Positions 1 to 9,402 of a stretch of 38,344 nt of DNA are shown here, piece by piece. Both the position numbers and the translations under genes were made by a program. The notes under the pieces were generated by a model, which saw nothing but the letters and a program-made list of their open reading frames with translations, was not told the DNA's origin and searched no databases. Location: sequence record SRR31156797_9282. One strand, given 5' to 3'. Positions within the stretch are counted from its first letter, which is position 1. The number at the start of each line of letters is the position of its first letter.

Positions 1-21
1 CTTTCCCGTGCGGCGAAAGAG

Positions 22-70
22 GTTCTATGGGAATCACACTCCAAGGTCAAGTGGTTTTTTGGTTTTTTTT
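22..70 (-). promoter_or_regulatory. Strong sigma70-type promoter with A-tract UP element, pointing out of the window (rRNA/tRNA-like promoter)
   Basis: Minus strand reads AAAAAAAACCAAAAAACCAC-TTGACC(50-45)-17 bp-TAGAAC(27-22)-CTCTTTCGCCGCACGGG. The target gene lies outside the window. Confidence 0.6.
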
Positions 71-133
71 TAAGTCTTTAAACGCTTTTTTCATAACCAG
101 CTGATAATAAAGAGTTTTACTAAATCAACAATT

Positions 134-3100
134 TTACTCTGAACTTACATCCTGTTTCCGAGGGGTAGAGGTAAGGCCAAAATCACCCAAAATAGAATAC
201 AAACTTGGTACAACAAGAAGCACCAAAACAGTTGATGCCATAAGCCCAAAAACCAGACTTGCACACAGCGGTATCAATATCTGCGCCTGTAAACTCCGCT
301 CAGTTAATAAAGGAATAAGCCCTACGATGGTCGTAAGCGACGTCAACAAGACAGCCCTAAATCTCTGTCGACTTGCCATTCTGGATGCCTCTACTGTCGT
401 CATCCCATCTCGAATGCGCATCTTAAGGAACTCTACAAGAAGGATTGAATCATTCACTACCACTCCAGCCAAAGAGGCAAACCCCATAATCGATGGCATC
501 GAAATAGTCAGTCCCATAAGCCAATGCCCCCAGACAACTCCTATCGCTGCAAGAGGAATAGCCGTGATAACCACAATCGGCTCCAAGTAACTTCTGAATT
601 GAAACGAAAGTAAGATGAATATCCCAAAAATACCGATAATCAATGCTCGTTTCATGGAGTCTCCAGTCTTGGCTCCGCGCTTGGCAGCACCTTCGACGTT
701 AAACGACACTCCCGGATACTTCTTCAAAAGCTTAGGCATAAACTGCGCACGAACCTGTCCAACAATTGCACTGGCATTTGATACATCGGTGTCTACATCT
801 CCTTTCACGGTCACAGTTCGCCACCCGTTCACACGATTAATCTTGGCCCATCCGCGCCCTTCCTGAATATCCGCCACTTCACCCAAGGGGACTAATGAAC
901 CGTCTTGAGCTGTCAAATGGAAGTAGTCCAAATCCGCTATTGAATCACTATCTTCCGAAGCGATACGCACGTTCACTTCATAAGACTCACCCTGATACTG
1001 TATTTCAGTCGCTTCACGTCCAAAAAACGCCGCTCGTAATTGTGAAGCTATCTGTTGAGCGTTAAAACCAAAAGCCGTAGCTCCCGGCTTAAGTGTAGCC
1101 TGAAATTCAGGTTTCCCTGGTCGAAGGTTATCCAAAAGATACAATGTCCCTTCATATTCAGATATATAGTCTCGTAATTCAGCCGCAGCAGCTTTAAGTT
1201 CTTTCAAATCTTTCCCTGAAAGTCGAAACTCGATTGCATTTCCAGCAGGCCCAACACTTGGCTGGGTAAAGGTCAATGCCATTACATCTGGAAGATCTCC
1301 TACAGCTGCAGCCCAAGCTAACTCCAACTCTCGTATGTTTACCGTCCGCTCTTCCGCGCTCAACAAATCCGCATACACTGTTGCCACATGCGCACCCGGC
1401 TCATCCGCATATGAATTCGTATTAAAAGCAACCGAAGCAAACCGCACGAGGCGCTTCCCCTCCGGCTGGGATGGAGTTAATTCATCATTCACCCGTTCAA
1501 GCCCAGCCAAAACGACACGCGTAACCTCTTCTGTTTTTTCAAGCGGAGAGCCTTGTGGCAGAAGGATACTCGCTTGCAAAACATCGCCGTCAATTGAAGG
1601 AAAAGCCTCGACTCCTATTCGACCGCTTGCAACCATCCCAACAGAAAGGATGAATACGCACAACACACCGCCGACAAAAACATATCGCCACCGAATAACC
1701 GAATCGACGATCCGTCCAAGTATGTTCTCCCGAACCCACTCAAATCGTTTCTCAAAAGCAACTCGAAAAGGAGTCGGCGCTTTCGTCATATGAGAGAGCG
1801 AGTGGTTAAGATGATTCGGAAGAATACAAAAAGCTTCAATAATACTCACCGACAAAGTCATAATCAAAACAGCAGGCATCACCCACAGTACTTTACCGAT
1901 GCGCCCCTCGATAAGCAAAGCTACGGAACCAAAAATACATAATGTAGTAATGAACGATGACAAAACACCACGCGCCACTTCTCTGGTTCCATCTACTGCA
2001 GCCCGAAGCGCTGACTTACCTCGCGCAAGATGAGCAGCCACGTTTTCGGCGATAACAATGGCGTCATCCATGATCAAGCCAAGAGCCAACAGTAAACCAA
2101 CCATCGTCAGCATGTTAATTGACATACCAGTCATCTGCATGACCAAAAACGATCCCATAAAGGAGACAGGCAACCCCATGGCGACCCAAAAGGACAATCT
2201 GATATTAAAAAACAGCCACATGACCATAAAAACCAAAATCAACCCTTGTATGCCATTGGAAATCAACATCTCCAGGCGATCACGAACAATTTTAGTAATA
2301 TTACGTGTGATTTCAAGATTCACGCCAGACGGCATCTCGGCTCGCTCTTTATCCAAAAACATCTGAACGGCATCCAACACCTTGAGCGCATCCTCTCCCT
2401 TGTTCTTGGCGATGGTAAGTTCTCCGGCTCGCTGTCCATTAAACCATATTTTTTCTTCATCTTTCTCGAAACGATCCGTAATATTGGCAATATCACCCAA
2501 GCGAAGCTCGGCTCCTGTTTTTCCAGAGACAACGATAAGGTCTTCATACTCAGGAACTTTTTTTCGCTCGTCGGCAAAACGAATGACAAAATCAGCATCA
2601 GCAGTTTCCAATGTCCCGGCAGGTAAATCCAAGGATTGATTTCCAATGACAGAAGTAATGTCGAACACGGACAAACCATACTGCATGATATTCTTCATGG
2701 GAATTTCAACTCGAATCTCATGATCGGAAAAGCCACCGATGGTTACTTCGGCCACACCCGGTAAGTTAAGAATCCGGTCTTTGAGGTCCTCACAATAAAG
2801 CTTGAGATGGGGGGTGGACATAGGTCCGGTTACTGCCAGCGCCAAAACCATATCTGTTCGATTAAGCCGCTTGATGATGGGATCTTCTACATCGGGCGGA
2901 AAGGTATCGATAGCATCAACTTCAGTACGAATATCTTCAGCGAACTCCTTGAGATCACCACCTTCAACCATTTCAACCACCACGGTTGCCAGCCCGTCCT
3001 GGGCCGTCGAACGCACTTCTTCCACGTTGGTCACACCATCAAGAGCATCTTCAATGCGCTGACAGATGGCCTCTTCTACATCCTCTGCCGTAGCACCCGG

Positions 3101-3265
3101 ATAAACCGCAGTTATAGAAATTTCTGAAGGTGTAAAATCAGGGAAAGTTTCTCGAACCATTTTAGGCAAAGCCAAAACGCCCATACCGAGAAATAGCAAC
3201 ATAAGCAGATTTGCCGCAGTTGGATGTTCAGCAAAAAAATCAATAAATGAATTTTGTTTACTCAT
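134..3265 (-). CDS. RND efflux transporter permease subunit (AcrB/AcrD/AcrF family)
   Basis: 1043 aa with the two-repeat RND topology. TM4 motif GLIMDDAIVIAENV, TM10 GVVVNDSILLVE, and RFRAVLLTSLTT are present. Confidence 0.95.
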   Translation of the reverse strand: MSKQNSFIDFFAEHPTAANLLMLLFLGMGVLALPKMVRETFPDFTPSEISITAVYPGATAEDVEEAICQRIEDALDGVTNVEEVRSTAQDGLATVVVEMVEGGDLKEFAEDIRTEVDAIDTFPPDVEDPIIKRLNRTDMVLALAVTGPMSTPHLKLYCEDLKDRILNLPGVAEVTIGGFSDHEIRVEIPMKNIMQYGLSVFDITSVIGNQSLDLPAGTLETADADFVIRFADERKKVPEYEDLIVVSGKTGAELRLGDIANITDRFEKDEEKIWFNGQRAGELTIAKNKGEDALKVLDAVQMFLDKERAEMPSGVNLEITRNITKIVRDRLEMLISNGIQGLILVFMVMWLFFNIRLSFWVAMGLPVSFMGSFLVMQMTGMSINMLTMVGLLLALGLIMDDAIVIAENVAAHLARGKSALRAAVDGTREVARGVLSSFITTLCIFGSVALLIEGRIGKVLWVMPAVLIMTLSVSIIEAFCILPNHLNHSLSHMTKAPTPFRVAFEKRFEWVRENILGRIVDSVIRWRYVFVGGVLCVFILSVGMVASGRIGVEAFPSIDGDVLQASILLPQGSPLEKTEEVTRVVLAGLERVNDELTPSQPEGKRLVRFASVAFNTNSYADEPGAHVATVYADLLSAEERTVNIRELELAWAAAVGDLPDVMALTFTQPSVGPAGNAIEFRLSGKDLKELKAAAAELRDYISEYEGTLYLLDNLRPGKPEFQATLKPGATAFGFNAQQIASQLRAAFFGREATEIQYQGESYEVNVRIASEDSDSIADLDYFHLTAQDGSLVPLGEVADIQEGRGWAKINRVNGWRTVTVKGDVDTDVSNASAIVGQVRAQFMPKLLKKYPGVSFNVEGAAKRGAKTGDSMKRALIIGIFGIFILLSFQFRSYLEPIVVITAIPLAAIGVVWGHWLMGLTISMPSIMGFASLAGVVVNDSILLVEFLKMRIRDGMTTVEASRMASRQRFRAVLLTSLTTIVGLIPLLTERSLQAQILIPLCASLVFGLMASTVLVLLVVPSLYSILGDFGLTSTPRKQDVSSE

Positions 3266-4644
3266 TTTGCAGCCGCCTTTGCCAAAGCTGCATCTTCCAT
3301 GCGCTGCTGCAATGTCTGATCAAGTTCAGGCCTGAGTTTCATTCCTTCAATCGCAGGGATCAGTTCCGACACAACAACACGATCTCCAATAACGACACCG
3401 CTTCGCAAAACCGCAATGGATGATTGTACAAAAGCAATAGTCACACGACGACGCTCAAGACGCCCCTCGGCATTGACGACATTCACGTATCCTGCTTCCA
3501 CGGCTGTACGGGGAACAACAACAAGCGGCTCTATCGATTTTCCGAGTAACTCAACCTCGGCATACATATTCTTTATAAGAGGTGTGTTCTGTTCTCCCTG
3601 TGAATTCTTGATGCGGTTATCCACTGAAACAAACACCCCGATGGTCCGTGTATCAGCATCCACCGCATCGGATATTCGCGTCACATGACCAATCCACTCC
3701 ATAGTCTGTTCCTGAGCCCGCACACGAATCATGGCATCAATGCCGAGAAACTGTCGAAACTCTTCCATTTGGACCTGAGAACCGGGAATAGCAAGCTTTC
3801 CTTGAGGCAAAAGATTCTTGAACGCATAGAGTGGAACCTGAACAAGAGCCTCGTTTTCACCAAGCGAGTCAAGAGTTGCGACCACCTGATTCGTTCCAAC
3901 AGCCTGTCCCAACTCCACATTAGTTGCCGAAATCCGACAGTTAAACGGTGTTCGTATGACGGTATTGTCTTCATCCAAACGTGCCCCGGCAGTCTTGGAT
4001 CGAGCCGATGCCAACTGCGCCTTGAGCGAAGCTCGACTAGCCGGAATTCCATTGAGTGTAGATTGGTAATTTTGCACAACGTTTCGCTGTGAAAGATAGC
4101 TCTGTTCCTGAGCGTCAAGTTCGGACTGAGAAATAACACCCTGGCTTACAAGCTGTTTGTTTCTATCAAGATCCTTTGCTGAAAGTTTGAGTCGCCCCTG
4201 CTCAACCTCCAATTGCCGACGCGTATCCTGTTCAGACTGATCAAGTTTGCGCAATTCTGCCTGCACACGCTCAACTTCTGCCTCGGATTGCTCCCTAATA
4301 TAACCGGAGGCGGCAGGATCGATACGCATGAGTATTTCGCCTTTGGCAAGAACGGCCCCTCTTTCAAACTCAGGGTGAACTTCAACAACCTTGCCGGGAA
4401 CTTCGGCAACAGCGTCCCAAACCTGACCAGGCTGAATATATCCGTACCCAATGGCACGCGGCACCACTGGCATTGCCTCGGCTTCAATAACTCGGACTGG
4501 CGTTATCCGTTCTTCCAAAACCTTCTTCACAGGTTGTTGCTTTGTCTTCACCATTATAACGAAAAACAGAACCCCCAAACCGATAACCGGAATGATGAGC
4601 ATTTTTTTCCAATGCGGATATCTTTTTTTGAAACGAGCTATCAT
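3262..4644 (-). CDS. RND efflux periplasmic adaptor (membrane fusion protein)
   Basis: N-terminal TM anchor, lipoyl-like halves (AEVPGKVVEV...; IRTPFNCRI...ELGQAV), long coiled hairpin, and a C-terminal VVPRTAV/LERRRV segment. It overlaps both neighbours by 4 nt (ATGA). Confidence 0.92.
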   Translation of the reverse strand: MIARFKKRYPHWKKMLIIPVIGLGVLFFVIMVKTKQQPVKKVLEERITPVRVIEAEAMPVVPRAIGYGYIQPGQVWDAVAEVPGKVVEVHPEFERGAVLAKGEILMRIDPAASGYIREQSEAEVERVQAELRKLDQSEQDTRRQLEVEQGRLKLSAKDLDRNKQLVSQGVISQSELDAQEQSYLSQRNVVQNYQSTLNGIPASRASLKAQLASARSKTAGARLDEDNTVIRTPFNCRISATNVELGQAVGTNQVVATLDSLGENEALVQVPLYAFKNLLPQGKLAIPGSQVQMEEFRQFLGIDAMIRVRAQEQTMEWIGHVTRISDAVDADTRTIGVFVSVDNRIKNSQGEQNTPLIKNMYAEVELLGKSIEPLVVVPRTAVEAGYVNVVNAEGRLERRRVTIAFVQSSIAVLRSGVVIGDRVVVSELIPAIEGMKLRPELDQTLQQRMEDAALAKAAAK

Positions 4645-5342
4645 GAAGTCTCCATATATTGTTGCGGATCACCAAGTTTCAAACCGTGACAAACAATTTC
4701 CGCAATAGTTTGCTTCATTCTCCCAATTCTTTCAGGGGTAAAATCATCCCAATCCAACCGTCTAAACAACAAATTTCTGGTCAAGGCATTACCAATGACC
4801 GTACCGAACAATGCATGAGTCTTCAAAATGACATGCTCACTTTCAGGAGGGCTCCCTTCTATAATTCCAACCAATTGACATAAAAGCATATGTATTTTCC
4901 CGAGCAAGCCTTCATAAATGATTTCGAACCCGGCCCCAGGCGTTGAATACTCCCTCAAGATAAAACGGGAACGATCACTCAAATCTTCAGACAATATGAC
5001 GTTATCCATGAACCCAAAGAAAAACTTCATCAAAAGGTGTTCAGCTTCAGCCTTGGCAAGCTCACCACCCTTCACCTTGAGTTCAATCATTTCAATTTCA
5101 TCTTTCATTTGATCTCGACCGCGCTTAACGACATACGCGGCTACCGCCAGATATAACCCTTCCTTGCCTCCGAAGTGATACGGTATGGCGGCCTGATTAA
5201 CCCCCGCCAACTGAGCAAGTTCTCGCGTTCGAGTGCCTTTAAAGCCATTCAAACCGAACAAATGCATACCTGCTTGGAGAAGTTGAAGTTGGGTTCTTTC
5301 CGGTGACATCTTTTGCTTTTTCACTTGTCCGCCCTCTTTCAT
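4641..5342 (-). CDS. TetR-family regulator, CecR/YbiH-like (CerR C-terminal domain); true start may be GTG at 5324
   Basis: TetR HTH LLQAGMHLFGLNGFKGTRTRELAQLAGVNQAAIPYHFGGKEGLY and C-terminal ILRE..PG.GFEIIY. It is the first gene of the efflux operon, and GAGG lies upstream of GTG 5324. Confidence 0.88.
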   Translation of the reverse strand: MKEGGQVKKQKMSPERTQLQLLQAGMHLFGLNGFKGTRTRELAQLAGVNQAAIPYHFGGKEGLYLAVAAYVVKRGRDQMKDEIEMIELKVKGGELAKAEAEHLLMKFFFGFMDNVILSEDLSDRSRFILREYSTPGAGFEIIYEGLLGKIHMLLCQLVGIIEGSPPESEHVILKTHALFGTVIGNALTRNLLFRRLDWDDFTPERIGRMKQTIAEIVCHGLKLGDPQQYMETS

Positions 5343-5389
5343 TCATTTGAATTAATCATATGAATAATTCACTCTCATCATAGAGTCAA
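5341..5389 (-). promoter_or_regulatory. Promoter plus palindromic operator for the TetR-RND operon
   Basis: TTGACT(5389-5384)-17 bp-TATTCA(5366-5361). The inverted repeat ATTCATTTGA-N5-TCATATGAAT (5341-5365, 9/10 match) overlaps the -10 and start region. Confidence 0.55.
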
Positions 5390-5490
5390 TCGCTTTTGGC
5401 AAAGAAAAGGTTACATGTTAATTATATAATTCCGATGAAAACGGCAGAAATGATCAAGCCATTCCTTCCAAACACCCGTAGTCTGCACAC

Positions 5491-6399
5491 ATGGAAAATA
5501 CGATGAAGGACACCACTAAAAACCTGTATTTCGAACGAATGCATACGGTTTTACAACACATTCAGGCCAACCTTGACGAAAACATGACACTTGAATCGCT
5601 TGCCGCTATGACCTTTTTTTCTCCGACACATTTTCATCGGATTTTCAAGGGAATGTTCGGCGAGACCGTTGTTGAACACATTCGTCGAATACGCATGGAA
5701 AGAGCGGCCACCAGACTGGCGATGGGGACATCCTCAGTGACGGACGCATCTTTCGACGCAGGGTATGAAACCGTGGAATCCTTCAGTCGGGCATTCAAGA
5801 AAATGTTTGATTGTCCACCATCCAAATATCAGGAGAAACACTGGAAAACTTTGTACGCAAGACTTTCCGGCTCAGTACACTACCTCCCTGAATCAGCGCG
5901 CGACGGGTTGGTTGTTACAAACCAAAAGGAGACAGACATGGAAGTAAAAATTGAGAAGGTAAAACCAATGCGGGTTGCTTTTGTCAGACACGTTGGTCCG
6001 TACATCGAATGTGACAAAGCATGGAAAACTCTTTGCACTTGGGCAGAACAGGAAGGACATTTTGCAGAAATGCCAAAATTCATCGGCATCTGCTACGACG
6101 ATCCACAGGTCACCCCAGAGGATAAAATCCGATATGACGCCTGCTTCACAATCGGCGACGAAGTGAAAACAACAGGTGAAATAGGCACTCAAATCCTGTC
6201 GGGTGGAGAGTACGCTGTCACCACGCACAAAGGTCCGTACACAGGGCTTGAACAAACCTATGGGAAACTGATGGGACAATGGTTGCCCAAAAGTGGACGT
6301 GAATTCAGAGAAGAACCCAGCTTTGAAGTCTATCTCAACTCACCAGATCACACGCAGCCAGAAGATTTGCTGACGGAGATCTATCTTCCACTCAAATAG
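5491..6399 (+). CDS. AraC-family transcriptional regulator with C-terminal GyrI-like small-molecule-binding domain
   Basis: N-terminal AraC double HTH (FSPTHFHRIFK; AGYETVESFSRAFKK). C-terminal GyrI domain (RHVGPY, YDDP..TPEDKIRYDAC, GGEYAVTTHKGPY, FEVYLNSP, TEIYLP). Confidence 0.93.
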   Translation: MENTMKDTTKNLYFERMHTVLQHIQANLDENMTLESLAAMTFFSPTHFHRIFKGMFGETVVEHIRRIRMERAATRLAMGTSSVTDASFDAGYETVESFSRAFKKMFDCPPSKYQEKHWKTLYARLSGSVHYLPESARDGLVVTNQKETDMEVKIEKVKPMRVAFVRHVGPYIECDKAWKTLCTWAEQEGHFAEMPKFIGICYDDPQVTPEDKIRYDACFTIGDEVKTTGEIGTQILSGGEYAVTTHKGPYTGLEQTYGKLMGQWLPKSGREFREEPSFEVYLNSPDHTQPEDLLTEIYLPLK

Positions 6400-6402
6400 A
6401 AC

Positions 6403-6436
6403 AAAGGCCCGATGCGATTGCACCGGGCCTTTCTTT
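6403..6436. terminator. Probable bidirectional intrinsic terminator between araC and asnS
   Basis: AAAGGCCCGATGC-GATT-GCACCGGGCCTTT followed by CTTT, located between convergent genes. Confidence 0.8.
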
Positions 6437-6466
6437 CAATATTTCTTTTATAGTAATAATCGAAAC

Positions 6467-7834
6467 TTAAAAATCGAGGCTCTTAGGTGTCCTCGGGAAC
6501 GGCATGACGTCACGAATGTTGGAAACACCTGTTACCAGCATGAGCATACGCTCGAAACCCATACCGAAACCAGCATGCGGAGCAGTACCGAACTTGCGGG
6601 AATCAAGATACCACCAGTAATCTTCCTTATCGAGCCCCATCTCGTCCATACGAGCTTCCAAGACATCCAGACGCTCTTCACGTTGACTGCCGCCAATAAG
6701 CTCACCGATACGCGGCACCAAGCAATCCATGGCGGCCACGGTCTTATCGTCGTCATTCATACGCATATAAAATGGCTTGATGGTCTTGGGGTAATCATAA
6801 ACATAAACAGGTCTCTTGAACTTCTCCTCACACAGAAAACGTTCGTGTTCCGTTTGAAGGTCCATGCCCCACTCTACCGGATATTCAAACTCTTTTTTGG
6901 TCTTCTTGAGAATATCGATGGCCTCGGTGTAGGGCAGCCGTTTGAAAGGCTCTTTCAAAATATTTTCCAGCGTCGGCATAAGGCCCTTGTCCACCCACTT
7001 GGCAAACAATTCCACATCCTCGGCGCAACTATCGAGCATATGAGTAATCAAATACTTGATCATGTCCTCACCCAGATCCATATCATCGGACAAATCGGCG
7101 AAGACGATTTCCGGCTCAATCATCCAAAACTCGGCCACATGGCGTGGCGTATTGGAATTTTCGGCACGAAAAGTCGGACCGAAAGTATATACATCTCCCA
7201 AAGACAAAGAAAACATCTCAGCGGACAACTGACCAGACACGGTCAACTGAGACGGCTTGCCAAAAAAGTCCTCTTCAGGAGGCAATTGGGACCCGGCTTC
7301 CAAACTGGTTACACGGAACATCTCTCCCGCGCCTTCACAATCAGAACCAGTGATAATGGGTGTATGGATGTAGAAAAAGTCTTTTTCTGCAAAATACTTG
7401 TGAACAGCCTGAGCCAATGCGGAACGCATCCGAAACATAGCACTGTACTTGTTGGTACGTGGCCTCAAATGGGCTATGGAACGCAAGAACTCATCGGAAT
7501 GACGTTTTTTCTGCAAAGGAAATGTTTCCTGATCAGCTTCGCCGATCACTTCAAGCGTCTTGCCGCGTACTTCCCATTTCTGCCCTTTGCCCGGAGACTC
7601 AACAAGCTCACCGGAGATGGCGACAGATGCACCGGTTCCCACTCTGGTCAAGGCCTCTTCGATCTCTGGGGTATGATCCACTATAGCCTGAATAGTGGAC
7701 AGACAGGAGCCATCATTGAGAGCCACAAAAGAAAAACCCTTGTTATCTCGCTTAGAACGAACCCAGCCCTTGATGGTAATTTCGTCCATCGGAGCCGTGG
7801 CGTTCAATGCGTCTTTTATCTTGGTCCGTTTCAT
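6467..7834 (-). CDS. asnS: Asparagine--tRNA ligase
   Basis: OB-fold GWVRSKR...NDGS, class II motifs [44 protein letters not shown] and [18 protein letters not shown] is present. Confidence 0.97.
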   Translation of the reverse strand: MKRTKIKDALNATAPMDEITIKGWVRSKRDNKGFSFVALNDGSCLSTIQAIVDHTPEIEEALTRVGTGASVAISGELVESPGKGQKWEVRGKTLEVIGEADQETFPLQKKRHSDEFLRSIAHLRPRTNKYSAMFRMRSALAQAVHKYFAEKDFFYIHTPIITGSDCEGAGEMFRVTSLEAGSQLPPEEDFFGKPSQLTVSGQLSAEMFSLSLGDVYTFGPTFRAENSNTPRHVAEFWMIEPEIVFADLSDDMDLGEDMIKYLITHMLDSCAEDVELFAKWVDKGLMPTLENILKEPFKRLPYTEAIDILKKTKKEFEYPVEWGMDLQTEHERFLCEEKFKRPVYVYDYPKTIKPFYMRMNDDDKTVAAMDCLVPRIGELIGGSQREERLDVLEARMDEMGLDKEDYWWYLDSRKFGTAPHAGFGMGFERMLMLVTGVSNIRDVMPFPRTPKSLDF

Positions 7835-7917
7835 ATGACATATCCTCTTGGTAATTTTTCCCTGTTCCTAGCTTCTCACACGAAGAATGGCAACATCCTC
7901 AAGCATCATATCATCTA

Positions 7918-7946
7918 TTGCAACCGGAAGTCAGGTAGGCTATTAA
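7918..7946 (+). promoter_or_regulatory. Putative sigma70 promoter of ftsY-S1
   Basis: TTGCAA-17 bp-TATTAA upstream of the RBS GAGG and ATG 7987. Confidence 0.45.
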
Positions 7947-7986
7947 CTACGCCCTAACAACAACGATACCAAATCATGAGGTCCTC

Positions 7987-9378
7987 ATGGGATTTTTCAG
8001 CAAACTGAAAAAAGCTTGGTCCAGCCCGGAAGATGCGGCGCAGCAAGCTCTTGACGAATACAAAAAAGAAAAGGGCATAGAAATCGAGGAGCAGCCTACT
8101 CCCGAGCTGAAAGCCCCTGCTCAAATAACCGACGACGCTTCGGCTCCCATAAAAGAAACTGATGCCGCCCCCACGCCGAATGAAGACTGGCAGGCAGGCC
8201 TGACCCTTTCTTTACGACAGGCAGAGCCCAAGCTCTCTCAATGGCTGAACATCATTGTGGAAGGTGTAGACGAAAAAGGCCAGGATCTTTGGGATCGACT
8301 TGCTTTCCTCTTCAAAGCACTGGGAGCACCGGACGCTGAAGCTAACGATTTTATTACTAAATTTGACGCATGGCTCGACGAGATGGGTTATGTCATCGTT
8401 GCTGAATTCAAATCCGAATTACAATACAGACTGGCTCTTGCTTTAGACTTGGAAGACGAAGAGGACGAACGCGATCGTCTGTTCCTCAAACTTTCCGAAG
8501 GCATATCAAAAACCCGCGAGCAAATAACCAAACGCATTGACAATCTGCTCTCCACTCACTCTTCCTTGAACGACGAGTTCTGGGAAGAATTTGAAGAAAT
8601 TCTCATCATGGCTGACGTGGGTATGGAAGCCGCCAACCAACTTATGGATAATCTCAAGGCCCGTGCTCGCAAGGCCGGAACCGACAATCCTGATGATTTC
8701 AAGGATATCCTGCGAGACGAGTTGGAAGATATTTTCAAGGTCCCTCCTCGTATCGAGGCTGTAAATCCGCCCGAAGTTCTCATGATGGTCGGCGTCAACG
8801 GCGTAGGCAAGACAACGACCATTGCCAAACTGGCCCACCGCGCTCAGATGCAAGGCCGCAAAGTGCTTATTGCCGCAGGCGACACTTTCCGGGCAGCCGC
8901 CATTGAGCAACTTGAAGTCTGGGCCAAACGCATCGGCGCTGGATTCTTCGCGAAGACCGAAGGTTCAGACCCGGCAGCCGTGGCTTTCGAAGCCATGGAC
9001 AAGGCCATCAGCGAAGGGTATGACCTGCTGCTGCTTGACACGGCTGGCAGGCTACACACAAAAACTAACCTGATGGAAGAATTAACTAAAATCCAACGAG
9101 TTGTCGGCAAGAAGCATGAAGGTGCTCCTCACCGCAACGTGCTGGTCATCGATGCCACCACTGGGCAAAATGCCCTGTCTCAGACCAAACTGTTCAATGA
9201 GGCTGTTGGTGTAGATGAAATAGTCCTGACCAAACTGGACGGCACAGCCAAAGGCGGTGTAGTGGTGGCAGTGACTTTACAAAACAAACTGCCGATAACC
9301 TACGTCGGTTTAGGTGAAAAGATGGAAGATCTTCGCCCGTTCAACGGCAAAGATTTTGCCAAGGCACTTCTTACATAA
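7987..9378 (+). CDS. ftsY: Signal recognition particle receptor FtsY with extended N-terminus
   Basis: SRP-GTPase motifs GVNGVGKTTT, DTFRAAA, DTAGR, TKLDGTAKGG and GLGEKMEDL; MGFFSKLK N-terminus. Confidence 0.96.
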   Translation: MGFFSKLKKAWSSPEDAAQQALDEYKKEKGIEIEEQPTPELKAPAQITDDASAPIKETDAAPTPNEDWQAGLTLSLRQAEPKLSQWLNIIVEGVDEKGQDLWDRLAFLFKALGAPDAEANDFITKFDAWLDEMGYVIVAEFKSELQYRLALALDLEDEEDERDRLFLKLSEGISKTREQITKRIDNLLSTHSSLNDEFWEEFEEILIMADVGMEAANQLMDNLKARARKAGTDNPDDFKDILRDELEDIFKVPPRIEAVNPPEVLMMVGVNGVGKTTTIAKLAHRAQMQGRKVLIAAGDTFRAAAIEQLEVWAKRIGAGFFAKTEGSDPAAVAFEAMDKAISEGYDLLLLDTAGRLHTKTNLMEELTKIQRVVGKKHEGAPHRNVLVIDATTGQNALSQTKLFNEAVGVDEIVLTKLDGTAKGGVVVAVTLQNKLPITYVGLGEKMEDLRPFNGKDFAKALLT

Positions 9379-9402
9379 CCTTTTTAAAGAACGGTAATCA
9401 TC

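Noticed and set aside
6575..7957. 460-aa plus-strand ORF
   Set aside because: It is an antisense shadow of the clearly real asnS, with no motifs or RBS. Codon bias explains the lack of stops.
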